A stretch of 64,000 nucleotides of DNA, taken from assembly GCA_964016885.1 (NCBI GenBank), contig OZ024740.1, positions 313,906,001 through 313,970,000 of the forward strand, in the 5' to 3' direction. Made by a program: the position numbers and the translations under genes. The notes beneath the pieces were generated by a model, which saw only the letters and a list, made by a program, of their open reading frames with translations, made no database searches and had not been told where the DNA came from. Of the stretch, positions 13,902 to 25,365 are shown one piece after another. The DNA comes from Eledone cirrhosa. Lineage: Eukaryota. Within the stretch, counting starts at the first letter, position 1, and every line of letters begins with the position of its first letter.

Positions 13902-15120
13902 TGTGTGTGCGCGCGTGCGTGTGTGTGTGTGAGTGTGTGTGCTATTTATATATATGTCTGCGTGTGTGAGAGGGAGTGTGTGTGTTTCATCATTACCAAC
14001 TTAATTTTGAATATTATCATCGTTAACAAAATATCTTTGTTTACTTAACATATTTTACAGTATAGCACGTAATAGCATATTAATCGAGAGAATAACCAAA
14101 ACGAAAATAAATGCTAAGTTTATGAAACTATTAGATGAGACTTTACATTGTGTGATTCAGTACTCTGTGGTCACCGTCTTACTTGGTCTTCTTCTTCTGC
14201 TGCTTCCTTCTATTTATTTTTTTTTGGCACGTTTTTACTCAACTGCCATCATTCATAAACATGGCATGTACGTACCGGCAAAGACATTTCTCTTGCAAGC
14301 TACATTGCATCCATTTTGTACCCTGTGTTTCTCTTAATTTAGTTGTGCCTCGTTGTTCAAGCTTCTTGACAACATATTCCAAGCGGAGCACGGTTGCCTC
14401 TTTTCTTTGCTGCCTTCGCACATTGTCGCAACATCACACTTCGTACACAAACATCGTATAATCTACTTTTCAATCAGTACACATGCACCACACACATATA
14501 CGCATATGCGTGTATTATTAATACATGCATACATTTATTTATTTTTTTTAAATCTAATTGAGTTCTTCACACGCAGGGTTAAAATTGTTGAAAAAATGAA
14601 TTGACCCACGTGTAAATTATTTTACTTTCTTGTGTTTCGCGATTGCCTCCCTTTTCCGCTTCATGACGCTGCGAGATTCCTCATTCTGAGACTGCTGGAA
14701 TTTCAAATTTTGCGGTCATTATGATGCGAGGAGGGACAATTGCTGACGCGAAAATTGACATCGGTAAGAGAATTTTTCTTATATCAATGTTTGACGGGCA
14801 TCCACTGATGATTTATAAGTGCCCACCTGCATATGTTCTTACAGAAAAATGTGCAGGCTTCTACATAACCCGGACACATTCTCCCAACTTGTAGAAAACT
14901 TATAATGAAACAATTGTTTGGAAAGGGAGATATATTTTAATTTTAATTATATCTCATATAAAATAATACAACTGGCTTTCCGCAAAATACATATAGTTAG
15001 CACCCCAAACATAAAATTGGGATTATACTAAGGTATATCCTAATGTTTGTTGAGTGAGATGGAAGCCAGTCAGAGTATAGCTTAAGGCTTTCTCTGTTAA
15101 TGTATTGTATATATATATAT

Positions 15121-15509
15121 TCTTTTACTATTTTACTCTGCTCCAGCCATCCAGTGAGGCCATGCTGGGGCCCGCCCTTGTTGCTACACATTCTATCTCC
15201 AGCCTGTGTTGGCTAGTCATTGGTGTAAAGGGAGTTAGTTGCTGCTGCCCATGGGTTACCTTCGTGCCGTGCTGTTGAACCTAGATAGCAAGGTGTCAAG
15301 ATTTTTCTCGAAAACATCCACGTCCACACCATGCAGATCTCTCAAATTTCTAGATAGCTTGTTGAAGAGTTGAGGGCCTTTGAATAGCTGGTTATTGCAA
15401 TATCTGCTCCTTATTCTAGATGTGAAAGACGGGACCTTTGGCCCTACACAGTCATGTCCTGTTCAGAGGTTGGTCCAGATCTCAATGCCAAAGTTTGGTG
15501 CTAGTCCTT
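15121..15509 (-). mobile_element. 5'-truncated CR1/L2-group LINE 3' end
   Basis: Minus frame EGLAPNFGIE..RSRYCNNQLFKGPQLFNKLSRNLRDLHGVDVDVF, then a ccccagcatggcc...gtaaaa tail. Confidence 0.7.
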
Positions 15510-15533
15510 CATATATATATTTATTTAATATAG

Positions 15534-15637
15534 ATGGCTTCTACAGGACTGGAACAGTTTCATTCGTATAAAATCATTAGGAATGCATTCCTGATGTTTT
15601 CGTACGAATGAAGCAGTTCTAGTCCTGTAGAAACCAT
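15534..15637. repeat. Imperfect fold-back with degenerate hammerhead-like cores on both arms
   Basis: Centre ggaatgcattcc. Minus arm reads CTAATGA..GAAA CTG TTC CAG TC. Related sequence at 60490-60540 and 54752. Confidence 0.6.
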
Positions 15638-15801
15638 TTCTATATAACATTTTCGTTGTTTTCACTCTACTTTATATATTGAGTACCTTATTTACTCTGG
15701 TTACGCCCGATTACACTCAGGATCTACAAAGTCTTATTATTCAACACTTTATAATAAGACTTTAATTGCACCATTAATACCACTTAGTATTATTAATAAA
15801 T

Positions 15802-16250
15802 AGGCGGTGGATTGGCAGTATCGGTTGAGCGTAGGACAACATGCTTCACGGTCTAGAGTTACGGCACTTTACGTTCTGAGTTCAAATCCTGCCGAGGTTA
15901 ACTTTGCCTTTCATCTTTACGAGGTCGATAAAATAAAGTACCAGTAACGCACTGAGATCGATTTAATCGATTTGCCTCTCCCCCAGAATTGCTGGCCTTG
16001 TACTTAAATCACAAACCATTATTAATAAATAAATGACGGTGGTGGATTGACAAAATCGGTAGAGCGTCGGAGTACATACTTCGTGGTATAGAGTTACGGC
16101 CGGTTGTGTTCTGATTTCAAATTCCGCCGAGGTTAGTTTTGTCTTTTATCTTTACGGGGTTGATAAAATAAGTACCAGTCAAGCACTGAGGTTGATTTAA
16201 TTAACTTTCCCCTCCCACAAAATTGCTGGCCTTGTGCCTATAGTAGAAAT
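15802..16250 (+). mobile_element. Two tandem SINE family A copies
   Basis: Head ggcggtggattggcag, then gagttcaaat, gtcgataaaataaagtaccagt and tgctggccttgt, all present twice. Confidence 0.8.
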
Positions 16251-17805
16251 AATTATTTAACAGTTTATGACAGTGGGGTCAGATAAATGCCATTAATGAG
16301 GAATCTGAATATCCTGGGGGTAAGAACAAACAACAGGGAGTATTTAGAATACGGTTAAATGTAATTAAACATTAATAAGACACCTTAGAATTCTGTGTAT
16401 TTTACACAATACATGAATAAAACAAGTTTAAAGCAAATCATATATATGTGTGGGGGGGGGGGGTGTTTGTGTGTCTGTGTGTGTGTGTTTCTGTGTATGC
16501 GTGTGTGTATAAGTGTATGTGTGTGTGAGTATGTGTTAGAAAGAGTGTGTGTTAGAAAGAGTGAAAGAGATACCAAGAGCTCCAGTGAAAGAGACAGACA
16601 TACACATAGACATACATACATACATACGCACATACATACACACAAACATACATACGTGCACACATGCATACATACATATATACATACATACAAACATACA
16701 TACATACATACATACATACATACATACATACATACATACATACATACATACATGATGGCTGCCCTCTTGTTATTGAGTATGGCCCTTGCACGATATAACA
16801 TTAATGCTATCGTGCAATGCCTGTGCGTGAAGATTTTTTCAAGTGAGGAAAGACTGTGCACTGAGCCAATCCCACTCCCTGAGCGACAGTAGCTATAACC
16901 CGAAAAGAAGAAAAGATCAACATCATCGGTAACTACTGAGCCGCAGGTTTTATGTCGGGGTTATCCCAGTTTCCTGAGTTGCCTTCTGCTAGAAGAATGC
17001 CCTGACAAAGGCTAGGGGTCCTTCACACCCAGTGGTTTAACCGCGCGATCGGGTATCCAACTCGATTATTTCTATGCCCCCGCTCACATATGCACATATG
17101 TATACATGTATACACATATATACATATGTATATACATATTTACACATTTTTGGATGGCCGTTGACTCATGAGTTCTTCCGCCCTTTGTCAGGTTTTGTTT
17201 TTTTGTCCTGCGGGGTGTCCAAAATCACCCTCCTCACCAAGTAAACTTGATAGGGTTGCCGGTTTAGTCGCCGACGATCCGACCATGCGACAGGTTGTAC
17301 TGGGTTACATGTTACCAGTAGCACTCAAGAGTGACCCGACATACATACATACATACATACATACATACATACATACATACATACATACATACATACATAC
17401 ATACATACGTGCACACAAGCATTCATACATATATACACATGATGGACTGCAATAATGCAATCATCACCGTTTTCTTTATCTACTCATATATTATTGGGTC
17501 GAGTGACAGAGGAGTCCCACTTCTCATCTAACAATGAGTTGTATTATCTTATCAGTGTTGTCCACATAGCCTATAGCTCTCTCTTTGGTTATAGGATGTA
17601 TGAGTATTGCTACTCTCGGGCCACAATATATTTTGTATATTATCCCATATGTCATTTTTATATAGTCAGTAATGTTTGCTATTCTCACAGATCAATGATC
17701 AATCAATCACATATAGCACACTCTCGCCGGCTACATATATGTATGTCGATATATACATTAGAATTTCTGTATCTGTTGAGCAGAAATGTTATTTAGATGA
17801 TATTA

Positions 17806-18179
17806 CTCTCGGATTCCAAATAATAGGGGGAGTTGGAATAAGCGGGGGCGGGATAAGCGTGTGTGTGAGGAGGGGAGGGAGCGTGATCGGTAATTTTTCT
17901 AGGTTGTCTACGTTGATGTTTTTAAAAACCAGAATTAGTCGTTTAATTTACATATTGAGACTCCAACTCATCCTATTTATTTTATAACATACAGGATTTC
18001 TAGTAATGTACTTTTTTGGTCATGTATAATGTTTTTTTATTTATGTATAAAAAGAAAAAAATTCGGTGGAACTAGATGAGCAAAATTTAATAAACGGGAG
18101 GGTGTAATAGAGCGGGGTGGGGTGGAAAAATCTGAAAGATTAATAAGCGGGGCGGGGGAGATTATTCGAGACCTAAATG
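17806..18179 (+). mobile_element. TIR MITE, Tc1/pogo-like
   Basis: TA-ctctcggattccaaataa...ttattcgagaccta. Inverted copies at 18349-18736, about 20175-20388 and 31481-31862. Confidence 0.6.
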
Positions 18180-18348
18180 TATGTGTTTAGTTGTTTGCGT
18201 GCACGCATGCGTGTAAGCGTATCTTAGAAAGTGATGTGCGATACCTGATATGTGATGTATTTATCCTTATTATAAATGCTACATGTAAACATTTCATTGT
18301 TTCTCTTAAGGTTCTACAGTTCTAATCAACAGATCTGTCATTCATGTA

Positions 18349-18736
18349 CTTTCGGGTCTCAAATAAGCGTTCCTTCCCCCGCTTATAAATCTTTCAGCCC
18401 CACCAACGATTCTGATTCCCCCCACCTCACCTAAAAAAAAAATCCGCCTATCAAATTTTGTTAATCTATCTCCGGCGATTTTTTATTTTATGTGGTAGCA
18501 TTTCTGCGACAGTTAGACATTAAAAAAGGCATTATAAATGTGATAAAAAATGCATTACTAGAAATCCCAAACGTTATAAAATATATATGATAGATTGGGG
18601 TCTCAATATGTAAACTAAACGACTAATTCTGGTTTTAAAAATATATCAACGGAGACAACCTCGAAAATTATACATTTTCCACCCACCCCATCAGCTTATT
18701 CCATCCCCCCTCCCCCGATTATTTGTGACACGAGTG
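18349..18736 (-). mobile_element. Same MITE family, opposite orientation
   Basis: Reverse complement of 17806-18179 (aaacgactaattctggttttaaaa core), flanked by TA. Confidence 0.6.
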
Positions 18737-19019
18737 TAAGTTACAGTGGTTCAATCAGCTCTCTATTTTATTCATTACTATCACCATTATCATCATAATT
18801 AGAATTATACTCTCATTATCATCATAATTAGAATTGCTATCCTCATTACAATTATAATTTGAATTAATATCTTCGTTAACTAAACAGTTTTATTTAGTTA
18901 ACATATTTTATAATATAGCACGTAGTCCAGTTTATTTATGAAGAGAATAACTCGAACCAAAATGGATGCTAATTTATGAAACTATTAGGTTAATGAGTCT
19001 TACAACCTCTACTAGTCAT

Positions 19020-19440
19020 ACCCTCGTGAGGATTTAAAGAGACAATGCTGGAAGCGTCTTGACTTGCAAGAAATAGCAGTCAAAACTCCTTCAGAGCATA
19101 TCCTACCGTTGCTAGAGGAAGTTTTGTGATAACACAAGAGGGCGGTTTGAAGGAATATTCTTGAGAATATAGGACTCTTTATAACATCAAGAACTACCAC
19201 CTGAAGTCTTCAATATTCCATTTAGCAGCTTCATGGTAGGAGCTGAAGACTATCACTTGGAGAAAGATGATGTAGAAAGAACATTTTTAATTATTTGAAA
19301 CAAAGAGGTTCATCGTATGCTCCGAAGGCCTGGCGGAAGAGATGGTTCAAAAGACAACATCAAAGTCTGGTTAAAAGACACAATCAAGGATCCTGTGAAT
19401 GACAACAGAAGTAGTGAGAATGATTAAGATGATGAACAAT
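19020..19440 (+). pseudogene. Possible pogo/Tigger transposase C-terminal remnant
   Basis: YNIKNYHLKSSIFHLAASW*ELKTIT resembles the post-DDE segment of Tigger/Jerky proteins; heavily degraded. Confidence 0.3.
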
Positions 19441-19491
19441 TGTATAAGAAGCCCAAACTCTCTGTTATGTTACAATCAGATCATAATGCTA

Positions 19492-19635
19492 TTTCGTACA
19501 CAAACTGATATTTCGTAGACATGTGGGTATACACAAACTGTTATTTCGTACATGTGGGGTACACAAACTGTTATTTCGTACATGTGGGGTACACAAACTG
19601 AAATTTCGTACATGTGGGTGTACACAAACTGATAT
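19492..19635. repeat. About 30-bp tandem repeat, roughly 4.5 copies
   Basis: Unit tttcgtacatgtggggtacacaaactgtta. Confidence 0.9.
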
Positions 19636-20609
19636 TCAGCGACATAATCTTTACAGTATTAAGGAAGTTCATTATTCAGATATCCCGCCGAGGTTAACTT
19701 TGCCTTTCATCCTTACGGGGTCGATAAAATAAAGTACCAGTAATACACTAGGTAATTGCTGGCCTTGTGCCTAACGTAGAAACAATTATTCAGATATAAC
19801 ATGACTAAGGCAAACAATTGACACTTCACTCATTGGCCAATTGAATTTGTCACAACTCATTTATTGCTGAAAACTCTACTGTCAATATAAACAAGCCACC
19901 AATTTATATCATCCTTAGTCACATCTGAAATCAAGTAAATCAAGCTCGTCTGTCATCTACAACAGGTAAACGAAATTAATAATTTACACTATTCAGTTTT
20001 TAATTCACACATAATATAATGGTTTCTACTTTAGACACAAGGTCAGCAATTTGGGAAGAAGGGGAAAGTCGATTAAACCGACTCCAGTGCTAAACTGGTA
20101 CTTTATTTTATCGACCCCGTAAGGATGAAAGGCAGTAAGAAATCTACAGAAATATTTTAAGTGCTGGCATTCCTGGGACAATTAATTTTCTTTATACATC
20201 AAAAAACATTAAACATGACAAAAAAAGTACATTATTAGAAATCCTATATGTTATAAAATATATAGGGTGGGTTGGTGTCTCGATATGTAAACTAAACGAC
20301 TAATTCTGTTTATTTTTTTAAATCAACGGAGACAACCGAGAAAAATTACCGATTTTCCAACCATCCCCTATTACTTGGGACCCAAGAATATGTTGTTATA
20401 TAACTATATGGTATCTACAGCATTTTCTGTAGTTTTCTTACTGTTTGTTCTGTTCAACGAATCCCCGTTGAAAGGTCTCTGATCGAAGGGATTTTTTCGA
20501 TTTTTTTTCGTGGTTAACTTTTAATTTTATTTCGCCAGGTAATTGGATTTTGTGTGAAGTTTTGGGATAGTTTAGGCAGTTTTGTATTTAATTGTTGTCT
20601 AGGGTTGTA

Positions 20610-20824
20610 TGAGGGTCGGGATGAAGAGTTCGTAAGCTAAAAAGATCATAGGCTGACCAAGATACTCTTATAGGATGACCAAATGGGGGTAAGTTTTCAG
20701 CATAGTTACTGGAAAGAGAAAATGCAGATATTAATAAGAAGAGTTGAAATTAATGCATGCAAGATTTCACAGCTCAAGCATCACTCCTTTATAGTCAGCC
20801 TTTGAACTTTTCAGTCGACTCTCG
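20610..20824. mobile_element. Mariner-type MITE
   Basis: TA-tgagggtcgggatgaagagttc ... gaacttttcagtcgactctcg-TA imperfect TIRs. Confidence 0.65.
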
Positions 20825-20994
20825 TATAAAGAAAATTATATTAACGCATATCATCCGCGTCTAAAAATAATTGTTTCTACTTTAGGCACAAGGCCAGCAA
20901 TTACCCAGTACATTACTGGTACTTTATTTTATAATACAATTTACTTCTATCAGAACAGCTTAACGAGGTTTTGCTGTGAGGGCGCGTTTTCGTG

Positions 20995-21037
<43 letters not shown>

Positions 21038-21039
21038 CT

Positions 21040-21103
<64 letters not shown>

Positions 21104-21906
21104 ATTTAAATCTGTTGTTTTTTCCCCTACAACTATTGGCAGACGACAAAACAATAGAAAGTTGACATCAACCTCGTCTCTAAGCGTGTATGAACTACTC
21201 AGACAGTCATTTGTTATAAGTGCTGCTTGCTTTTAAGAATAAAATTGAAGGTGGGGAGAGGAAATCTCCCACTCACTCACTATGTTCTTACACACAGATA
21301 CAAACATACACAAACCCACAAATCGATGTGTCTATTTAGACATACACCCACGGGCGCGCACATATATACAGAGATACCCACATACGAACATACATACATG
21401 CACGAACTGAATACTTGATATGGATTGTCAACTGACAAAAGTAAGCTAAAAATTCTCCTTCCTATCATTTGAGACGAACATCTGATTTGGACAGAGGTAA
21501 TGCTGGAAATGTAGGTGCTGTTGGGACAGTATGTGGGAGTGAGATGGCCTTCTTGTTAGGTTGATGTAGTTGTGGAATAATGAAGCTCTCTGTTGATGCT
21601 AATAGTTAGTGGTCGTAGTCTTTGATGACGTTGTTATTATTTAGCCCAGGGCTAAATAAGCACTGGACCATATATATCAGAAGATCCCGTTAAGGGTGAA
21701 AGCAGCGATTCTTTGCTTAAACTTTAATCTGTTATTTTAATAAATATTTGCTCTAGGGTTCTTATATATTTGATATATATTTATCCTTACCAAAGCCCTC
21801 TTTGTATTTTAGTCTTCACATTTATTATTATTACTATTATATATATACATATATATACATGTATATGTTTGTATGTGTGTGTGTGCGTATATATATATAT
21901 ATACAC

Positions 21907-21987
<81 letters not shown>

Positions 21988-22080
21988 TAGAAGTTGTATT
22001 TAATTTGTTGGAAGTCCGACAAACATAAATGTTTATAACTGATTTAGAGCACTCAACAGATTTCTGGAGTAAATATTCAA

Positions 22081-22117
<37 letters not shown>

Positions 22118-22128
22118 TCAGCGTGTCA

Positions 22129-22170
<42 letters not shown>

Positions 22171-22230
22171 TGACACGCTGATGTATATACACATAAATAT
22201 GTATACATACACGCCACACGCACATATATG

Positions 22231-22297
<67 letters not shown>

Positions 22298-22806
22298 TGT
22301 TATACTTGGGGAGGGTCATATTTGTGTAATATTGCCAGAATTAATAACAGAACACACTCACTGTTTGGTTGGTTTTCGCTTTTCGCTTCTGTGTCTTCTA
22401 TATCGGTAATCTAATTTATTCGGTCCTCAATGTTGCCATTGACTGACCAACGGTCAAAAATAATACAGATACAATATAGACACAAACACATATATATAGT
22501 TTATCATAAATCTTTCGTTGCACATCTGCAACATCGTCAGCCCGTTGCATTGTATTTCTACGCCATCTTTATTTAGTCTGTTTATATATTTATTTATTTA
22601 TTTGTTTGTTTGTTTATTTTATTTTGTCTTCTTTGCGCATGCGTTTACGTGTGTGTATAGGGTTTTGTTTGATGTGTGTTCGGATTGGGTGACTGTGTAT
22701 TGGTTAATATGTTCTATGTTTACTAGTGTGTGTTTATATGTGTTTGTTGTTATTGTGCTTGTGTTTGTATTTATTTATTTATTTATCTATTTATTTATTT
22801 ATTTAT

Positions 22807-23295
22807 TTATACTTCTCTTAGGTCAGTGTTGTTTGTTTGGGTGTTGTTGTTATTCCATTCATTCTTTCTGTTTAGTCTTGGCCTTCTAAGTTCTATTTCA
22901 CTGGCCTCTCTGATTTGCCTATCTGCTGGGTCATTTCTATGTTTAGATATTATTCTAATTTCTATGTTGTCTATGTTACCGTCGTGTTGTTGTCTGGCAT
23001 GTTCGTATAGTACTGATCCGTTTTTTCGTCCTTTTAGTTCCCCCCAGAGTTGGTCTATCCTTTCATTTATGCTACGAGCTGTTTCGCCTATGTACGTGTG
23101 TTGTTGTCATGTTTCTGCAAGTACCCTCTGTACATCTTATGCTATAGACTACGTTTCTAGTTTTACAGTTTATCCGGGGGTTTACCTTACATATGATACA
23201 TTTCCTATTAGTACAGTGGGTTTTCTTAAAAGGGTAGGTTTTGCTGATCAGGGATTTTATGGTGGTTCCTGGCTTTTCTACCACCTTAATCTTTA
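22807..23295 (-). pseudogene. Penelope-like element GIY-YIG endonuclease remnant (5'-truncated, frameshifted)
   Basis: KIKVVEKPGTTIKSLI, CTNRKCIIC..NCKTRNVVYSI, YIGETARSINER, SVLYEH, RQIREASEI..PRLNRKNEW, then stop. HHR-like core CTGACGA-TGTTGCA GATG TGCAAC-GAAA downstream at about 22513-22540 (minus). Confidence 0.85.
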
Positions 23296-23383
23296 ATATA
23301 TTGAGATAAGCAGAACAAGCAAAATTCAAACAATTTTTTAAAATAAATTAAAAAATATAATTTAAATATTTACTTACTCCAGT

Positions 23384-23467
23384 TGCTTTTACCGATCGGT
23401 TTCACTTCACAAAAGATTGGAAATCCATGGGCACTTCTAATGGAAAAGTTTAGTTCATCAGAAAGCA
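23384..23467 (-). ncRNA. Type I hammerhead ribozyme
   Basis: TGCTTT CTGATGA ACT..(about 45 nt)..AGT GAAA CCGATCGG TA AAAGCA: 6-bp stem I, palindromic stem III, GUA site. Confidence 0.85.
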
Positions 23468-23683
23468 TTTTCCTTTCCTAAGACTAAAAGTCCCGGGAAC
23501 GGCAAAATATATTGTCATCTGCCAGCTAGCACAGGATTGAATGGGGCCGAAAATTTGACCTGTACATGAACCAGTCCGTAGCAAAAGCGGAAGTAAACAT
23601 AGACGTGTTGTCTGCCTCACCACTAAAACAATAGCAGCCAAATAGAACAACAGATTTGTTCTCTACATAACGGAGAATATTAA

Positions 23684-24087
23684 AAGAAGTTAATATGCCC
23701 ACAGGTACTAAGTACCCTTGGAAATATATAGGTTGTCTATGATACAGGGTTGTTCAATGGTATTAATTTGACATACCAGAACTATAATATTGAGATAAGC
23801 AGAACAAGCAAAATTCAAACAATTTTTTAAAATAAATTAAAAAATTAGAAGTCCCCATGGATTTCCAATCTTTTGTAAAGTGAAACCGATCGGTAAAAGC
23901 AACTGGAGTAGGTAAATATTTAAATTATATTTTTTAATTTATTTTAAAAAATTGTTTGAATTTTGCTTGTTCTGCTTATCTCAATATTATAGTTCTGGTA
24001 TGTCAAATTAATACCATTGAACAACCTTGTATCATAGACAACCTATATATTTCCAGGGGTACTTAGTACCTGTGGGCATATTAACTT

Positions 24088-24090
<3 letters not shown>
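23684..24090. repeat. Fold-back (about 160-bp arms) of a PLE pseudo-LTR abutting (TA)n
   Basis: 23684-23843 is the reverse complement of about 23930-24090. The plus copy starts at about 23844, inside HHR stem II. Confidence 0.85.
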
Positions 24091-24161
<71 letters not shown>

Positions 24162-24282
24162 TGTTGATGTATGTTATTATGGACCTTTAACTCCCGCGTT
24201 GCATTGACATACGACATTTCTATGGAACTTGTTGGAGCCCGTTTCCTCTCTAAGTCTGAATACAGCGGCTTCTTCCAGAGAA

Positions 24283-24336
<54 letters not shown>

Positions 24337-24564
24337 AGGGAGTGTAACTTGGAGTTACTGTAGTTTCACCCGGGTGAGCACTCGATGTTTAGGTTCACTT
24401 CAGTGTCGAGGTGTAGAGCTAGCTATACAGAGTGTATTATAGTTAAATAAGATAACAAGGACGAATGGTTACTCCTTCATTACTCCTTCACCGACCAATA
24501 AACGTAATGAAGGAGTAACCAATATCGTCCTTGTTATCTTATTTAACTATATATATATCTTATT

Positions 24565-24614
<50 letters not shown>

Positions 24615-24877
24615 TATATAGATATATATATATATATATATATACAGAGAGAGAGAGAGAGAGAGAGAGAAAAAGAGAATGAGAGACGAGAGAAGGTAAG
24701 TGAGAAAGAGATACTGAAGAAGAATCGACCCCAGTACTGGACAGGTACTTTTTTTATTGACCTTGAATGAATGAAAGGCAAAGATGATCTCGGCCGAAAC
24801 GAATGGCACAAAGCATTCTTCGCGACGTTCTAACGACTCTGCCAATTCGCCACCATAAACAGTTGGTTGATGTAAAC

Positions 24878-25357
24878 CAGCGGTTCCCAACCTTTTATAA
24901 TAAATTCCACCTTAATGATATAGCAAAACAGTATGGCCCTACAAAAAATTAAAATTTTTGATATAATTTTTTTATGTAGAAATAATTTCGGCATGTCTTT
25001 TTATTTCAATCAAATCATTTTAAATTTATTATAAACTTTACTAAAATTTATTAAAATAAATAATATATATCCTGTTATAAAAATAAGTTTCTTTACTAAG
25101 TTTATTTACTAAAACATAAATTGTTATATCCAGATTTAAATAATTATCAAGTGAAGTGAAATCATAATTAGAAGAAGAAGAAAGTTGATAAAAAGTTGAA
25201 TATAAAAATTTGAAGCAAGAAAAAGAAAAAATTATGTTAGGAAACTTCTCTTCTTTTTTATGTATGAAATTTTGTGATTTTTAGTTAATTCCCGTGGCTC
25301 CCCCAGTAACTACTATGGCCCACTGGTGGGCCATGACCCCCTGGTTGGGAACCAATG
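24878..25357. mobile_element. Non-autonomous hAT MITE
   Basis: TIRs CAGCGGTTCCCAACC / GGTTGGGAACCAATG; 8-bp TSD ATGTAAAC at 24870 and 25358. Confidence 0.9.
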
Positions 25358-25365
25358 ATGTAAAC

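Noticed and set aside
14239-14770. KWMQC..C..YVH PHD-like string (minus) and a CpG-richer stretch with a GTAAG donor near 14764
   Set aside because: Too short and degenerate to distinguish from chance or TE debris.
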